The position numbers were made by a program, and so were the translations under genes. Positions 11,699 to 22,171 of a DNA stretch of 64,000 bases are shown here, piece by piece. Position 1 is the stretch's first letter, and every line of letters begins with the position of its first letter. The notes under the pieces are model-generated. The model did no database searches. It was not told the origin of the DNA and worked only from the letters and a program-made list of their open reading frames with translations. This stretch comes from Escherichia phage T4, in sequence record OL964735.1; one strand, given 5' to 3'.

Positions 11699-12829
11699 TT
11701 ATGGATAGGTATAGATGATACCAGTTTCTAAAGCAGTTTTATGAATGATGTATCCATTACGCGATTCTTGGACATCAACTTCTGGATAGTCTTTCATCAT
11801 CTTCTGGAGAGTGTAACGATGCAGGTAATATTTACTATCTGGGTCGTCAGTTTTCCAATCTTTACCTTCTTCGGTCATTTTTTGGATTTCATCCATAACC
11901 CACCAACCGCACCAGATGTAAGCTGAGCTACGGTGTGGAAGAGGATGAACATAAGGTAATTCACCTTCTGGTTCTGGAGCAACTTTAGCCGTGACTGTTA
12001 CATTACCAGTTTTGGTAACGGTTACAGGGTTATAATCTGCAGCAGTAACAGTTGCAGTAACTTCAATAGTTTGACTTCCAACAGATGAGGTATCGACAGT
12101 ATATACGTTAGTTGACCCTTCTACAGGAGAAGAATCTTTCTTCCATGAGTAAGTAATTTGTGCTTCTTCTGGAGCACCCGTAACATTAGCCGTAAATGTA
12201 GCCGAAGCATCTTGCTGAACATTAATAGAAGGAGGAGTCAATGTAACCTGTGGATTCATTGTCTTCTTATTAACCGTTAATGATACTTCATTAGAAGTAA
12301 CGCTTAGTGCATCATAATCTGTCGCGGTTACTTGGGCTACGCATTTAATTCTTTTTACTCCACTTGTAGTTGGAGTATAGCTAAATGTAGAGTTAGTTTC
12401 TCCACCAACTTGTGAATCATCTACATACCACTGATACGTAGCAGATGCTCCATCAGGTTGAGAAGCTAAGGCAGCAGTAAATTGAACTGGGGTTCCAATC
12501 ACTCCAGCCGCAGGACTAGCAGGAGTTACGGCTAAGGTAGTCGTCTGTGTCTTATTTTTAACTGTGATAGTTGTTGTCGCTTCAGCCGTTTCCGGGCCTC
12601 CTTCAGAAAGTGTATTTGTTGCAACTACTTTAATAGTCTTTTGACCGGCAGGTCCTTTTAGTACATAACTAAAAGTTGCTTCAGCTCCATCTTGTGGAAC
12701 ATTATCTACGCTCCAAGCATATGTAATAGTTCCGCCTCCAGTTTGACCACTGGGTGTAGCAGTAAACTGCTTAGTTTCATCAATAACCCCTGTAGGTGTT
12801 TTAGGAGTTATATCAACTGTAAAAGTCAT
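11699..12829 (-). CDS. hoc: highly antigenic outer capsid protein Hoc (Ig-like repeats)
   Basis: 376-aa ORF with repeated T/V-rich Ig-like segments. Confidence 0.93.
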   Translation of the reverse strand: MTFTVDITPKTPTGVIDETKQFTATPSGQTGGGTITYAWSVDNVPQDGAEATFSYVLKGPAGQKTIKVVATNTLSEGGPETAEATTTITVKNKTQTTTLAVTPASPAAGVIGTPVQFTAALASQPDGASATYQWYVDDSQVGGETNSTFSYTPTTSGVKRIKCVAQVTATDYDALSVTSNEVSLTVNKKTMNPQVTLTPPSINVQQDASATFTANVTGAPEEAQITYSWKKDSSPVEGSTNVYTVDTSSVGSQTIEVTATVTAADYNPVTVTKTGNVTVTAKVAPEPEGELPYVHPLPHRSSAYIWCGWWVMDEIQKMTEEGKDWKTDDPDSKYYLHRYTLQKMMKDYPEVDVQESRNGYIIHKTALETGIIYTYP

Positions 12830-12838
12830 AAGTTATCC

Positions 12839-13519
12839 TTATTTTAATGTTACGAAAGAAGAGTTGCGTGTTTCACGAATTAAAACTGATCCATCGCGAT
12901 TAATGTAATAAATTAAGCTAAATAAAGTTTGGTGTGCTGACGCATGTTCAAAACTAGTTGGGTGAGATTTCCAATCAGGAGTTTCAGCAATCCATTGATA
13001 AATCCACCAAGGAACAGTACAGAATCCTGGATTTTTTCCAATCAGTTGAAGATTCGGACTAAAGTTTTCCGGAAGAGTAAATACAGACGGCTTTTCAGAT
13101 TCAATAATCTCAGCTACAGCCTGTTCGAATTTTTCTTCAACAAAAGGAGTATCTTCAATCAAAACATCGGTATTTTCAGGAATTTTATCCGTTTCTACTA
13201 CTTCAATTTTAATGTCAGATTTAATCGGAGAATCAATCAGAAGTGCTGCTTCTGGATTGACTTCTTCATCGTCATATTTTAATCCCTCTGCGGCATCAGC
13301 AGCATCAATTAAGTCTTTAATAGATAACCCATCAGTCTCTGGCATAGGTTCACTAGCGAGCTTCTGGAGGGCTTCTTCAATATCAACAACGATATTATCA
13401 AAAGATTTATTCTTTTTGACCTTTATACCAAACTGTTCAGCATATTCAGCTAATTTAGCTTTAGCTTCTTTGTTATCATCAAGAGCCTTCAGCTCTGCAA
13501 TATAATCTTTATCTATCAT
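12839..13519 (-). CDS. inh: inhibitor of prohead protease (Inh)
   Basis: 226-aa ORF, recognised by position and sequence. Confidence 0.85.
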   Translation of the reverse strand: MIDKDYIAELKALDDNKEAKAKLAEYAEQFGIKVKKNKSFDNIVVDIEEALQKLASEPMPETDGLSIKDLIDAADAAEGLKYDDEEVNPEAALLIDSPIKSDIKIEVVETDKIPENTDVLIEDTPFVEEKFEQAVAEIIESEKPSVFTLPENFSPNLQLIGKNPGFCTVPWWIYQWIAETPDWKSHPTSFEHASAHQTLFSLIYYINRDGSVLIRETRNSSFVTLK

Positions 13520-13532
13520 AATATTTCCTCAG

Positions 13533-13540
13533 TATAAATA
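13533..13540 (+). promoter_or_regulatory. late promoter TATAAATA upstream of segE
   Basis: exact motif 28 nt upstream of segE ATG. Confidence 0.55.
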
Positions 13541-13568
13541 TAGATATATTTATTACTCGGAAAATAGT

Positions 13569-14186
13569 ATGTACCACTTTGTATATGAAACAACAAATCT
13601 AATAAATGGTAAAAAGTATATAGGAAAGCACTCTACTGATGACTTGAATGATGGTTACCTTGGTTCCGGTAAGGCAATTCAGCAGGCTATAAAGAAATAT
13701 GGTGAAAACAATTTCTCTAGAACAATACTAAAAGAGTTTAAAACTTCCGAAGAAGCGTACATGTATGAAGAAGAAATTATAACTCCTGAACTAATAAAAA
13801 GCAAAAATTATTATAATATGAAACCTGGTGGAATTGGTGGAATTGTTATGACTACAGATGTTATAGCAAAGATGAAAGAATCTTCCGCTAAAAGATTTGA
13901 AAACTCACCGGGCACGGTATTAGGTAAAACTTGTTATACTAATGGAACTAAAAATATTTTTATTAAACCTGGAGAACTTGTTCCAGAAGGATTTGTAAAA
14001 GGGATGGTTCATCCTAATAGAAAGTCCAGAAAAGGATGTAAAGTCAAACCGACTACCACAGGAACTTTTTGGGTCAATAATGGCGCAATAAATAAATTAA
14101 TACAACCAGACGGTATTATTCCCGACGGATTTATTAAAGGTCGTCTCATGAAAAGAGATTCTAAAGGCAAATTTAGTAAGGCATAA
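13569..14186 (+). CDS. segE: GIY-YIG homing endonuclease SegE
   Basis: 205-aa ORF; N-terminal MYHFVYETTNLINGKKYIGK GIY-YIG motif. Confidence 0.88.
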   Translation: MYHFVYETTNLINGKKYIGKHSTDDLNDGYLGSGKAIQQAIKKYGENNFSRTILKEFKTSEEAYMYEEEIITPELIKSKNYYNMKPGGIGGIVMTTDVIAKMKESSAKRFENSPGTVLGKTCYTNGTKNIFIKPGELVPEGFVKGMVHPNRKSRKGCKVKPTTTGTFWVNNGAINKLIQPDGIIPDGFIKGRLMKRDSKGKFSKA

Positions 14187-14188
14187 TT

Positions 14189-15697
14189 ATGGATATTAAA
14201 GTACATTTTCACGACTTCAGTCATGTACGCATCGATTGTGAAGAGAGCACGTTCCACGAATTAAGAGATTTCTTTTCGTTTGAGGCCGATGGATATAGAT
14301 TTAATCCTCGCTTCAGATATGGCAACTGGGATGGACGAATCCGTCTTTTAGATTATAATCGTCTTCTTCCATTCGGCTTAGTCGGGCAAATTAAAAAATT
14401 CTGTGATAATTTTGGCTATAAAGCCTGGATTGACCCACAAATTAACGAAAAAGAAGAATTATCAAGAAAAGATTTTGATGAATGGCTTTCTAAATTAGAA
14501 ATCTATTCAGGAAATAAAAGAATTGAACCGCACTGGTATCAAAAAGATGCAGTGTTCGAAGGATTAGTTAATCGTCGTAGAATTCTTAATCTTCCAACAT
14601 CTGCAGGTAAATCTTTAATTCAAGCTTTGCTTGCGCGATATTATTTGGAAAATTATGAAGGTAAAATTCTTATCATTGTTCCAACAACTGCTCTGACAAC
14701 TCAGATGGCTGATGACTTCGTCGACTATCGTTTATTCAGCCATGCAATGATAAAGAAAATTGGTGGCGGAGCATCAAAAGATGATAAATATAAAAATGAT
14801 GCACCAGTCGTTGTTGGTACATGGCAAACTGTAGTAAAACAACCGAAAGAATGGTTCTCACAGTTTGGAATGATGATGAATGATGAATGCCATCTTGCTA
14901 CAGGAAAAAGTATTTCATCTATCATATCAGGTTTAAATAACTGCATGTTCAAATTCGGTTTGTCTGGTTCATTACGTGATGGCAAAGCCAATATCATGCA
15001 GTATGTTGGAATGTTTGGTGAAATATTTAAACCAGTAACGACTTCTAAATTAATGGAAGATGGACAAGTAACTGAGCTAAAAATTAATAGTATTTTTCTT
15101 CGCTATCCCGATGAGTTCACTACTAAATTAAAGGGAAAAACTTACCAAGAAGAAATAAAAATTATTACTGGGCTTAGTAAAAGAAATAAATGGATCGCTA
15201 AATTAGCTATTAAGCTTGCGCAAAAAGATGAAAACGCTTTTGTCATGTTTAAACATGTATCGCATGGTAAAGCTATTTTCGATTTAATTAAAAATGAATA
15301 CGATAAAGTTTATTACGTATCAGGGGAAGTTGATACCGAAACCCGCAATATAATGAAAACCTTAGCTGAAAATGGTAAAGGAATAATTATAGTAGCTAGT
15401 TATGGTGTATTTTCTACTGGTATTTCAGTTAAAAATCTGCATCACGTTGTTTTAGCGCACGGTGTTAAATCAAAAATCATTGTATTACAAACAATCGGTC
15501 GTGTATTACGTAAGCATGGTTCTAAGACAATAGCAACAGTCTGGGACCTCATAGATGACGCAGGCGTCAAGCCAAAATCTGCTAATACGAAAAAGAAATA
15601 TGTTCATTTGAACTATCTTTTAAAACACGGCATTGATCGTATTCAGCGCTACGCAGATGAAAAATTTAATTACGTAATGAAAACAGTTAATTTATAA
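14189..15697 (+). CDS. uvsW: UvsW RNA-DNA and DNA helicase
   Basis: 502-aa ORF; Walker A PTSAGKS and DECH box. Confidence 0.93.
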   Translation: MDIKVHFHDFSHVRIDCEESTFHELRDFFSFEADGYRFNPRFRYGNWDGRIRLLDYNRLLPFGLVGQIKKFCDNFGYKAWIDPQINEKEELSRKDFDEWLSKLEIYSGNKRIEPHWYQKDAVFEGLVNRRRILNLPTSAGKSLIQALLARYYLENYEGKILIIVPTTALTTQMADDFVDYRLFSHAMIKKIGGGASKDDKYKNDAPVVVGTWQTVVKQPKEWFSQFGMMMNDECHLATGKSISSIISGLNNCMFKFGLSGSLRDGKANIMQYVGMFGEIFKPVTTSKLMEDGQVTELKINSIFLRYPDEFTTKLKGKTYQEEIKIITGLSKRNKWIAKLAIKLAQKDENAFVMFKHVSHGKAIFDLIKNEYDKVYYVSGEVDTETRNIMKTLAENGKGIIIVASYGVFSTGISVKNLHHVVLAHGVKSKIIVLQTIGRVLRKHGSKTIATVWDLIDDAGVKPKSANTKKKYVHLNYLLKHGIDRIQRYADEKFNYVMKTVNL

Positions 15698-15712
15698 GGG
15701 CTTCGGCCCTTT
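15697..15712 (+). terminator. UUCG-tetraloop hairpin at uvsW stop
   Basis: AGGGC-TTCG-GCCCT followed by TT; overlaps RBS region of next ORF. Confidence 0.5.
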
Positions 15713-15722
15713 GGAGAAAAAG

Positions 15723-15953
15723 ATGTTACTAGAATTTAAACAATTTCTTTATGAAGCTTCTATTGATGAATTTATGGGTAAAATTGCCTCTTGTCAAACA
15801 TTAGAAGGTTTAGAAGAACTTGAAGCTTATTATAAGAAAAGAGTCAAAGAAACTGAATTAAAAGATACTGATGACATCTCTGTGAGAGATGCTTTGGCAG
15901 GAAAAAGAGCTGAATTAGAAGATTCAGACGATGAAGTAGAAGAAAGCTTTTAA
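15723..15953 (+). CDS. hypothetical acidic protein (T4 uvsW.1 position)
   Basis: track starts at TTG 15711; ATG 15723 preceded by GGAG gives 76 aa. Confidence 0.75.
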   Translation: MLLEFKQFLYEASIDEFMGKIASCQTLEGLEELEAYYKKRVKETELKDTDDISVRDALAGKRAELEDSDDEVEESF

Positions 15954-16008
15954 ATTAAAAAAGGCCCAACCAAAAAGGAAGGGCCAAAACTATAGACTAA
16001 AGGTCACA

Positions 16009-16176
16009 CTATAGCAAAAGTTGTGTTTCATTTAATTGTTCTTCCGAACTTTCTGAAACTGGTAGTTCTTTAATGTAATTATAGCAAGGCCCAGGATGTA
16101 CAGGACCTTTGTCTGTTTCAACAACCAATGCAGAATCGATTGGAGTTTTACAGACAACACAAATCTTATCTGACAT
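16009..16176 (-). CDS. hypothetical 55-aa CxxC protein (T4 uvsY.-2 position)
   Basis: ORF below the track's 60-aa cutoff; GAGGAG RBS upstream of ATG; CVVC and PGPC motifs. Confidence 0.55.
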   Translation of the reverse strand: MSDKICVVCKTPIDSALVVETDKGPVHPGPCYNYIKELPVSESSEEQLNETQLLL

Positions 16177-16202
16177 GATTGTCTCCTCTGAATTATATCT
16201 AT

Positions 16203-16427
16203 TTATACAACTCTCATATGCATATCAATGCCCATATCTTTAGAATAAAAATATTCATCAAGATATCCGGCAAATTTTCCTTTAATATAAAGGACATCTT
16301 CACCACACGGGTGGTCGGCCAGGATACGAATATCCTGACGCTTAAGATTATGCTTTTTCATTAAGAATTGAATTTCCGTTTCAAATTCTTCTTCATAATT
16401 AAAAGCATCATCAATGCTATATCTCAT
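16203..16427 (-). CDS. hypothetical protein (T4 uvsY.-1 position)
   Basis: 74-aa ORF. Confidence 0.65.
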   Translation of the reverse strand: MRYSIDDAFNYEEEFETEIQFLMKKHNLKRQDIRILADHPCGEDVLYIKGKFAGYLDEYFYSKDMGIDMHMRVV

Positions 16428-16840
16428 TATTTTCCAGCCTCAAATGCTCGCATGTCTTGAATATGCTTAATAGCAAATCCACGTGATTTAATAGCATCAA
16501 GAGCTCCGCTACAGAAATCTAATAAAATCCCCCAATACTGCAACGAGGTATCAACCTTTAAAACATCCTTATCCGCTGATAGAACTGTCTTCATTTCTGA
16601 TTTCTCGTAACGATCCATACTAAATTCATCACCATCTCCTCGTCCCGAGTAGTAGTCTAATCTAGCTTTAAGAGCAACTTTTTTCTGTGCTTCAATTCTA
16701 AGCATTTCCTTTTTAATACTTGAATGCTTATTAAGCCATTTACTATATAACATCACATTATTAGCTGCTTCATACTGTAATTTAGTCGAATCTATAAACA
16801 CATCTTTCTTCAATTCTTCTTGAAGATCTTCTAATCTCAT
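16427..16840 (-). CDS. uvsY: recombination mediator UvsY
   Basis: 137-aa ORF, recognised sequence. Confidence 0.93.
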   Translation of the reverse strand: MRLEDLQEELKKDVFIDSTKLQYEAANNVMLYSKWLNKHSSIKKEMLRIEAQKKVALKARLDYYSGRGDGDEFSMDRYEKSEMKTVLSADKDVLKVDTSLQYWGILLDFCSGALDAIKSRGFAIKHIQDMRAFEAGK

Positions 16841-16888
16841 ATTGTTCTCTATTCAATTGTTATTGGTTGTTATTGGATGGACTTAGAT

Positions 16889-16918
16889 TCATTATACCAC
16901 GTTTTAACGTGAAGCATT
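16889..16918 (-). promoter_or_regulatory. middle (MotA-dependent) promoter for uvsY
   Basis: minus strand TGCTTCA MotA box, 13-nt spacer, TATAAT -10; about 50 nt upstream of uvsY ATG. Confidence 0.65.
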
Positions 16919-17315
16919 ATACTCTATTACTGGAAGCCAGCTGCAGTTTTATCTGCTCAATATCATCAGGATTATCGATGACCGAAAAGCGTATTTCTAC
17001 TATCAGAGTATAATCGTCATAAACGGGTATCACATTAACTGCTAATTTATCAATACGTGGCTCATAGTTTCTTACTGCGCTTTCGATATTGCGTTCAACC
17101 GTGTCAGCAGTAAGAGGAGTCATATTTTCAAAAAGCTGGTCTGATAAATCACATCCAAATTCAGGGTCAAACGGTCTTGAACCTTTTCTTGTTGTAATAA
17201 TTCCCAAAAGACTGTTTTTAATTGACCTTAATCCAAGCGATCTGGAAACGTCTTTGTTCCAATCCATTTTCATTTCCGGGTCAATATCAGAATAAAGCTT
17301 ATTAATATTTGCCAT
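16917..17315 (-). CDS. 25: baseplate wedge protein (T4 gp25)
   Basis: 132-aa ORF, recognised sequence. Confidence 0.93.
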   Translation of the reverse strand: MANINKLYSDIDPEMKMDWNKDVSRSLGLRSIKNSLLGIITTRKGSRPFDPEFGCDLSDQLFENMTPLTADTVERNIESAVRNYEPRIDKLAVNVIPVYDDYTLIVEIRFSVIDNPDDIEQIKLQLASSNRV

Positions 17316-17941
17316 TATAGTAACTCAAAGAACTCTTTGAGGCCTCTTATTACGTGAGCATGGGTTTTTCCACACTCTGGACACTTAATTGGAACAGCCA
17401 AATAAACGGTAGGCTTTAAAAGCATATCTTTTATAGCTACAATATCTGACTCTGTGATGATAGAATATAAATCTTCTAGTTCCTTTTCATTTAAGTCTTC
17501 AACTGGAATGCTTTCCCCGTTAGCATGAATCGTTTCTATACATGATACTATCATGTGGGCTATATTTTTATCATCAAAAATTTTAGGGTATCGGAATTTA
17601 ATTTTAATGTCACCTAGTGTATACCAGAGGTCTTCTGGTGCATCTATTTGTGTATGTAATAGATTTATATGGGTTGGTATTTCAGTTCCACAGGTGCACT
17701 TCCAGGAGTTTTCGTGATTAACTTCACCGAGAGAATGTGCCCATAAATGAATCAACAATAGTTCTGATTCTTGGCGGTTTAAATCTTTTGCATTTGTGCA
17801 GTCTTTGATTAGCTTTTTAACAATTACTTCTACGGAACCATTATTTTTGGCAGTAATAAGTTCTAGATATTCTTTAAGCGTGAATGCGCGACAATTGATT
17901 ATTTTAGAACCAACTCTCACATCAAATTTGTATTCATACAT
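17315..17941 (-). CDS. 26: baseplate hub protein (T4 gp26)
   Basis: 208-aa ORF; stop overlaps gene 25 start. Confidence 0.9.
   Translation of the reverse strand: MYEYKFDVRVGSKIINCRAFTLKEYLELITAKNNGSVEVIVKKLIKDCTNAKDLNRQESELLLIHLWAHSLGEVNHENSWKCTCGTEIPTHINLLHTQIDAPEDLWYTLGDIKIKFRYPKIFDDKNIAHMIVSCIETIHANGESIPVEDLNEKELEDLYSIITESDIVAIKDMLLKPTVYLAVPIKCPECGKTHAHVIRGLKEFFELL
17316..17347 (-). promoter_or_regulatory. structured translation initiation region of gene 25 (hairpin between SD and AUG)
   Basis: minus strand GAGG is about 27 nt from the AUG, with a 7-bp hairpin CTCAAAG-AGTT-CTTTGAG in between. Confidence 0.6.
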
Positions 17942-17962
17942 ATTTAGCTCCTTTATTTATCA

Positions 17963-17970
17963 TATTTATA
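17963..17970 (-). promoter_or_regulatory. late promoter TATAAATA for gene 26
   Basis: part of palindrome TATTTATAAATA at 17963-17974. Confidence 0.6.
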
Positions 17971-17974
17971 AATA
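17967..17974 (+). promoter_or_regulatory. late promoter TATAAATA for gene 51
   Basis: part of palindrome TATTTATAAATA; 17 nt upstream of gene 51 ATG. Confidence 0.65.
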
Positions 17975-17991
17975 GAATAAAAGGAGCATCT

Positions 17992-18741
17992 ATGGCAAAC
18001 ATTATTCGTTGTAAATTACCAGATGGTGTTCATCGTTTTAAACCATTTACGGTAGAAGATTATCGAGATTTTTTGTTAGTTCGAAACGATATAGAACATC
18101 GGTCACCACAAGAACAAAAAGAAATAATTACTGATTTAATTGATGATTATTTTGGAGACTATCCGAAGACTTGGCAACCATTTATATTTTTGCAGGTATT
18201 TGTAGGGTCAATAGGTAAAACTAAAGTACCGGTCACATTTATATGTCCAAAATGTAAAAAAGAAAAGACAGTTCCATTTGAAATATATCAAAAAGAATTA
18301 AAGGAACCTGTTTTTGATGTAGCTAATGTTAAAATTAAATTAAAGTTTCCTTCTGAGTTTTATGAAAATAAAGCAAAGATGATTACTGAAAATATTCATT
18401 CTGTTCAAGTAGATGAAATATGGTATGATTGGAAGGAAATTAGCGAGTCCAGTCAAATAGAACTAGTTGACGCCATCGAGATAGAAACATTAGAAAAAAT
18501 TCTCGATGCAATGAATCCTATTAATTTAACTCTACACATGTCATGCTGTAATAAGTACATTAAAAAATACACTGATATAGTAGACGTGTTTAAGCTATTA
18601 GTTAACCCAGATGAGATATTTACTTTTTATCAAATTAATCACACACTCGTAAAAAGTAATTATAGCTTAAATTCAATAATGAAAATGATTCCTGCCGAGC
18701 GCGGATTCGTATTAAAACTGATTGAGAAGGATAAACAATAA
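17992..18741 (+). CDS. 51: baseplate hub assembly catalyst (T4 gp51)
   Basis: 249-aa ORF. Confidence 0.9.
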
Positions 18742-19916
18742 TGAGTATGTTGCAACGCCCCGGATATCCAAATCTCAGCGTTAAATTATTTGATAGCTAC
18801 GACGCTTGGAGTAATAATAGATTTGTTGAATTAGCTGCTACTATTACCACATTAACTATGCGGGATTCTCTTTATGGCCGAAATGAAGGAATGCTGCAGT
18901 TTTATGATTCTAAAAACATCCATACAAAAATGGATGGAAATGAAATAATTCAGATTTCTGTAGCTAATGCAAATGATATTAATAATGTTAAAACACGAAT
19001 TTATGGATGTAAGCATTTTTCCGTGTCAGTAGATTCAAAAGGTGATAACATCATTGCTATTGAATTGGGAACTATTCATTCTATAGAAAATCTTAAATTT
19101 GGTAGACCATTTTTCCCTGATGCAGGTGAATCTATAAAAGAAATGCTTGGTGTCATTTATCAGGATCGCACATTATTAACTCCAGCAATAAATGCTATAA
19201 ATGCTTATGTTCCTGATATTCCATGGACTAGCACATTTGAAAACTATTTGTCATATGTAAGAGAAGTTGCTCTAGCTGTAGGAAGCGACAAATTTGTATT
19301 TGTATGGCAAGACATCATGGGCGTTAACATGATGGACTATGATATGATGATAAATCAAGAACCATATCCAATGATTGTCGGTGAGCCATCTTTAATAGGT
19401 CAATTCATCCAAGAATTAAAATATCCATTAGCATATGATTTCGTTTGGTTGACTAAATCGAATCCTCACAAACGTGACCCAATGAAAAACGCTACTATCT
19501 ATGCGCATTCATTTTTAGATTCTTCAATACCAATGATTACTACAGGAAAGGGTGAAAACTCTATTGTGGTGTCAAGGTCAGGTGCTTATTCTGAAATGAC
19601 TTATAGGAATGGATATGAAGAAGCTATTCGTCTTCAAACTATGGCACAATATGACGGCTATGCTAAATGTTCTACTATCGGTAATTTTAACTTGACTCCT
19701 GGTGTTAAAATTATTTTTAATGATAGTAAAAACCAATTTAAAACAGAATTTTACGTTGATGAAGTTATCCATGAATTATCCAATAATAATTCAGTAACTC
19801 ATCTATATATGTTCACTAATGCAACGAAACTGGAAACAATAGACCCAGTTAAGGTTAAAAATGAATTTAAATCTGATACTACCACTGAAGAAAGTAGTTC
19901 TTCCAATAAGCAATAA
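18741..19916 (+). CDS. 27: baseplate hub protein (T4 gp27)
   Basis: 391-aa ORF. Confidence 0.93.
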
Positions 19917-20394
19917 AGAAGTTTCTATTCCTAAAATGGGTCTTAAACATTATAACATTTTAAAAGATGTTAAAGGTCCTGATGAAAATTTAAAACTTCT
20001 CATTGATTCTATTTGTCCGAATTTATCACCGGCAGAAGTTGATTTCGTTTCTATTCATTTATTGGAATTTAATGGAAAGATTAAATCTCGTAAAGAAATA
20101 GATGGTTATACTTATGACATTAATGATGTTTATGTATGCCAAAGATTGGAATTTCAATACCAAGGAAATACATTTTATTTTAGACCTCCTGGAAAATTTG
20201 AACAATTTTTAACGGTGAGCGATATGTTATCTAAATGCTTACTTAGGGTCAACGATGAAGTTAAAGAAATTAATTTTCTTGAGATGCCAGCATTCGTTTT
20301 AAAATGGGCAAATGATATTTTTACAACTTTAGCAATTCCTGGCCCTAATGGTCCAATAACTGGAATTGGCAATATTATTGGATTATTTGAATGA
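19861..20394 (+). CDS. 28: baseplate hub distal protein (T4 gp28)
   Basis: 177-aa ORF overlapping gene 27 by 56 nt in another frame. Confidence 0.88.
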
Positions 20395-22163
20395 AAAAGC
20401 CACAAGAAATGCAAACGATGCGTAGAAAAGTTATTTCAGATAATAAACCAACACAGGAAGCGGCTAAATCCGCTTCTAATACTTTATCTGGGCTTAATGA
20501 CATATCTACGAAATTGGATGATGCTCAAGCTGCTTCTGAATTAATAGCTCAAACTGTCGAAGAAAAATCGAATGAAATAATTGGAGCAATTGACAATGTA
20601 GAAAGCGCAGTGAGTGATACTACTGCCGGTTCTGAGTTAATTGCTGAAACTGTCGAAATTGGCAACAATATTAATAAAGAAATCGGTGAATCGCTCGGAA
20701 GCAAATTAGATAAATTAACAAGTTTACTAGAGCAAAAAATCCAGACAGCTGGAATTCAACAGACTGGAACTAGTTTAGCTACGGTTGAAAGCGCTATTCC
20801 TGTTAAAGTCGTTGAGGATGATACTGCTGAATCTGTGGGTCCTTTATTACCAGCTCCTGAAGCAGTTAATAATGATCCTGACGCTGATTTTTTCCCTACC
20901 CCTCAGCCAGTTGAGCCAAAGCAAGAATCACCAGAAGAAAAACAGAAAAAAGAAGCATTTAACTTAAAATTATCTCAAGCTTTAGATAAATTAACGAAGA
21001 CTGTTGATTTTGGATTTAAAAAATCCATTTCAATTACTGATAAAATATCAAGCATGCTATTTAAGTACACCGTCAGTGCTGCTATTGAAGCTGCTAAAAT
21101 GACTGCAATGATATTGGCTGTTGTTGTTGGAATAGACCTTTTGATGATTCACTTTAAATACTGGTCAGATAAATTTTCAAAAGCCTGGGATTTGTTTAGT
21201 ACAGACTTTACCAAATTCTCTAGCGAAACCGGAACTTGGGGTCCTTTATTACAGAGCATCTTTGATTCTATTGATAAAATTAAACAACTTTGGGAAGCGG
21301 GAGATTGGGGTGGATTGACAGTAGCTATTGTTGAAGGGCTTGGAAAGGTTCTTTTTAATTTAGGTGAACTTATTCAATTAGGTATGGCTAAATTATCTGC
21401 AGCAATTCTTCGAGTCATTCCTGGTATGAAGGATACTGCTGATGAAGTAGAAGGAAGAGCATTAGAAAATTTCCAAAATTCTACTGGAGCATCTCTCAAT
21501 AAAGAAGACCAAGAAAAAGTAGCAAATTATCAAGATAAACGAATGAATGGAGACCTTGGCCCAATAGCAGAAGGACTAGACAAAATCTCTAACTGGAAAA
21601 CTCGTGCATCTAACTGGATTCGTGGTGTAGATAATAAAGAAGCGCTGACTACCGACGAAGAGCGTGCGGCAGAAGAAGAAAAATTAAAGCAACTTTCACC
21701 GGAAGAAAGAAAAAATGCTTTAATGAAGGCTAATGAAGCTCGTGCTGCGATGATTCGTTTTGAAAAATATGCCGATTCAGCTGATATGAGTAAAGACTCA
21801 ACGGTTAAATCAGTTGAAGCTGCCTATGAAGACCTTAAAAAACGGATGGATGACCCGGATTTAAATAATTCACCGGCAGTTAAAAAAGAACTTGCTGCTA
21901 GATTTTCTAAAATTGATGCTACTTATCAAGAGCTCAAGAAAAATCAGCCTAATGCCAAACCTGAAACTTCTGCTAAATCACCAGAAGCGAAACAAGTCCA
22001 GGTGATTGAAAAGAACAAAGCACAGCAAGCTCCTGTTCAACAAGCATCTCCTTCGATCAATAATACTAATAATGTTATTAAGAAAAATACTGTCGTTCAT
22101 AATATGACACCTGTAACGAGCACGACTGCTCCTGGTGTATTTGATGCGACTGGAGTTAATTAA
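20391..22163 (+). CDS. 29: baseplate hub / tail length determinator (T4 gp29)
   Basis: 590-aa ORF. Confidence 0.93.
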   Translation: MKKPQEMQTMRRKVISDNKPTQEAAKSASNTLSGLNDISTKLDDAQAASELIAQTVEEKSNEIIGAIDNVESAVSDTTAGSELIAETVEIGNNINKEIGESLGSKLDKLTSLLEQKIQTAGIQQTGTSLATVESAIPVKVVEDDTAESVGPLLPAPEAVNNDPDADFFPTPQPVEPKQESPEEKQKKEAFNLKLSQALDKLTKTVDFGFKKSISITDKISSMLFKYTVSAAIEAAKMTAMILAVVVGIDLLMIHFKYWSDKFSKAWDLFSTDFTKFSSETGTWGPLLQSIFDSIDKIKQLWEAGDWGGLTVAIVEGLGKVLFNLGELIQLGMAKLSAAILRVIPGMKDTADEVEGRALENFQNSTGASLNKEDQEKVANYQDKRMNGDLGPIAEGLDKISNWKTRASNWIRGVDNKEALTTDEERAAEEEKLKQLSPEERKNALMKANEARAAMIRFEKYADSADMSKDSTVKSVEAAYEDLKKRMDDPDLNNSPAVKKELAARFSKIDATYQELKKNQPNAKPETSAKSPEAKQVQVIEKNKAQQAPVQQASPSINNTNNVIKKNTVVHNMTPVTSTTAPGVFDATGVN

Positions 22164-22171
22164 GGAATAAT

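Noticed and set aside
15963-15985. GGCCC...GGGCC hairpin as a plus-strand terminator for the uvsW.1-position ORF
   Set aside because: 13-nt loop and no T-run on the plus strand; more plausible as a minus-strand terminator for the 55-aa ORF, and still weak
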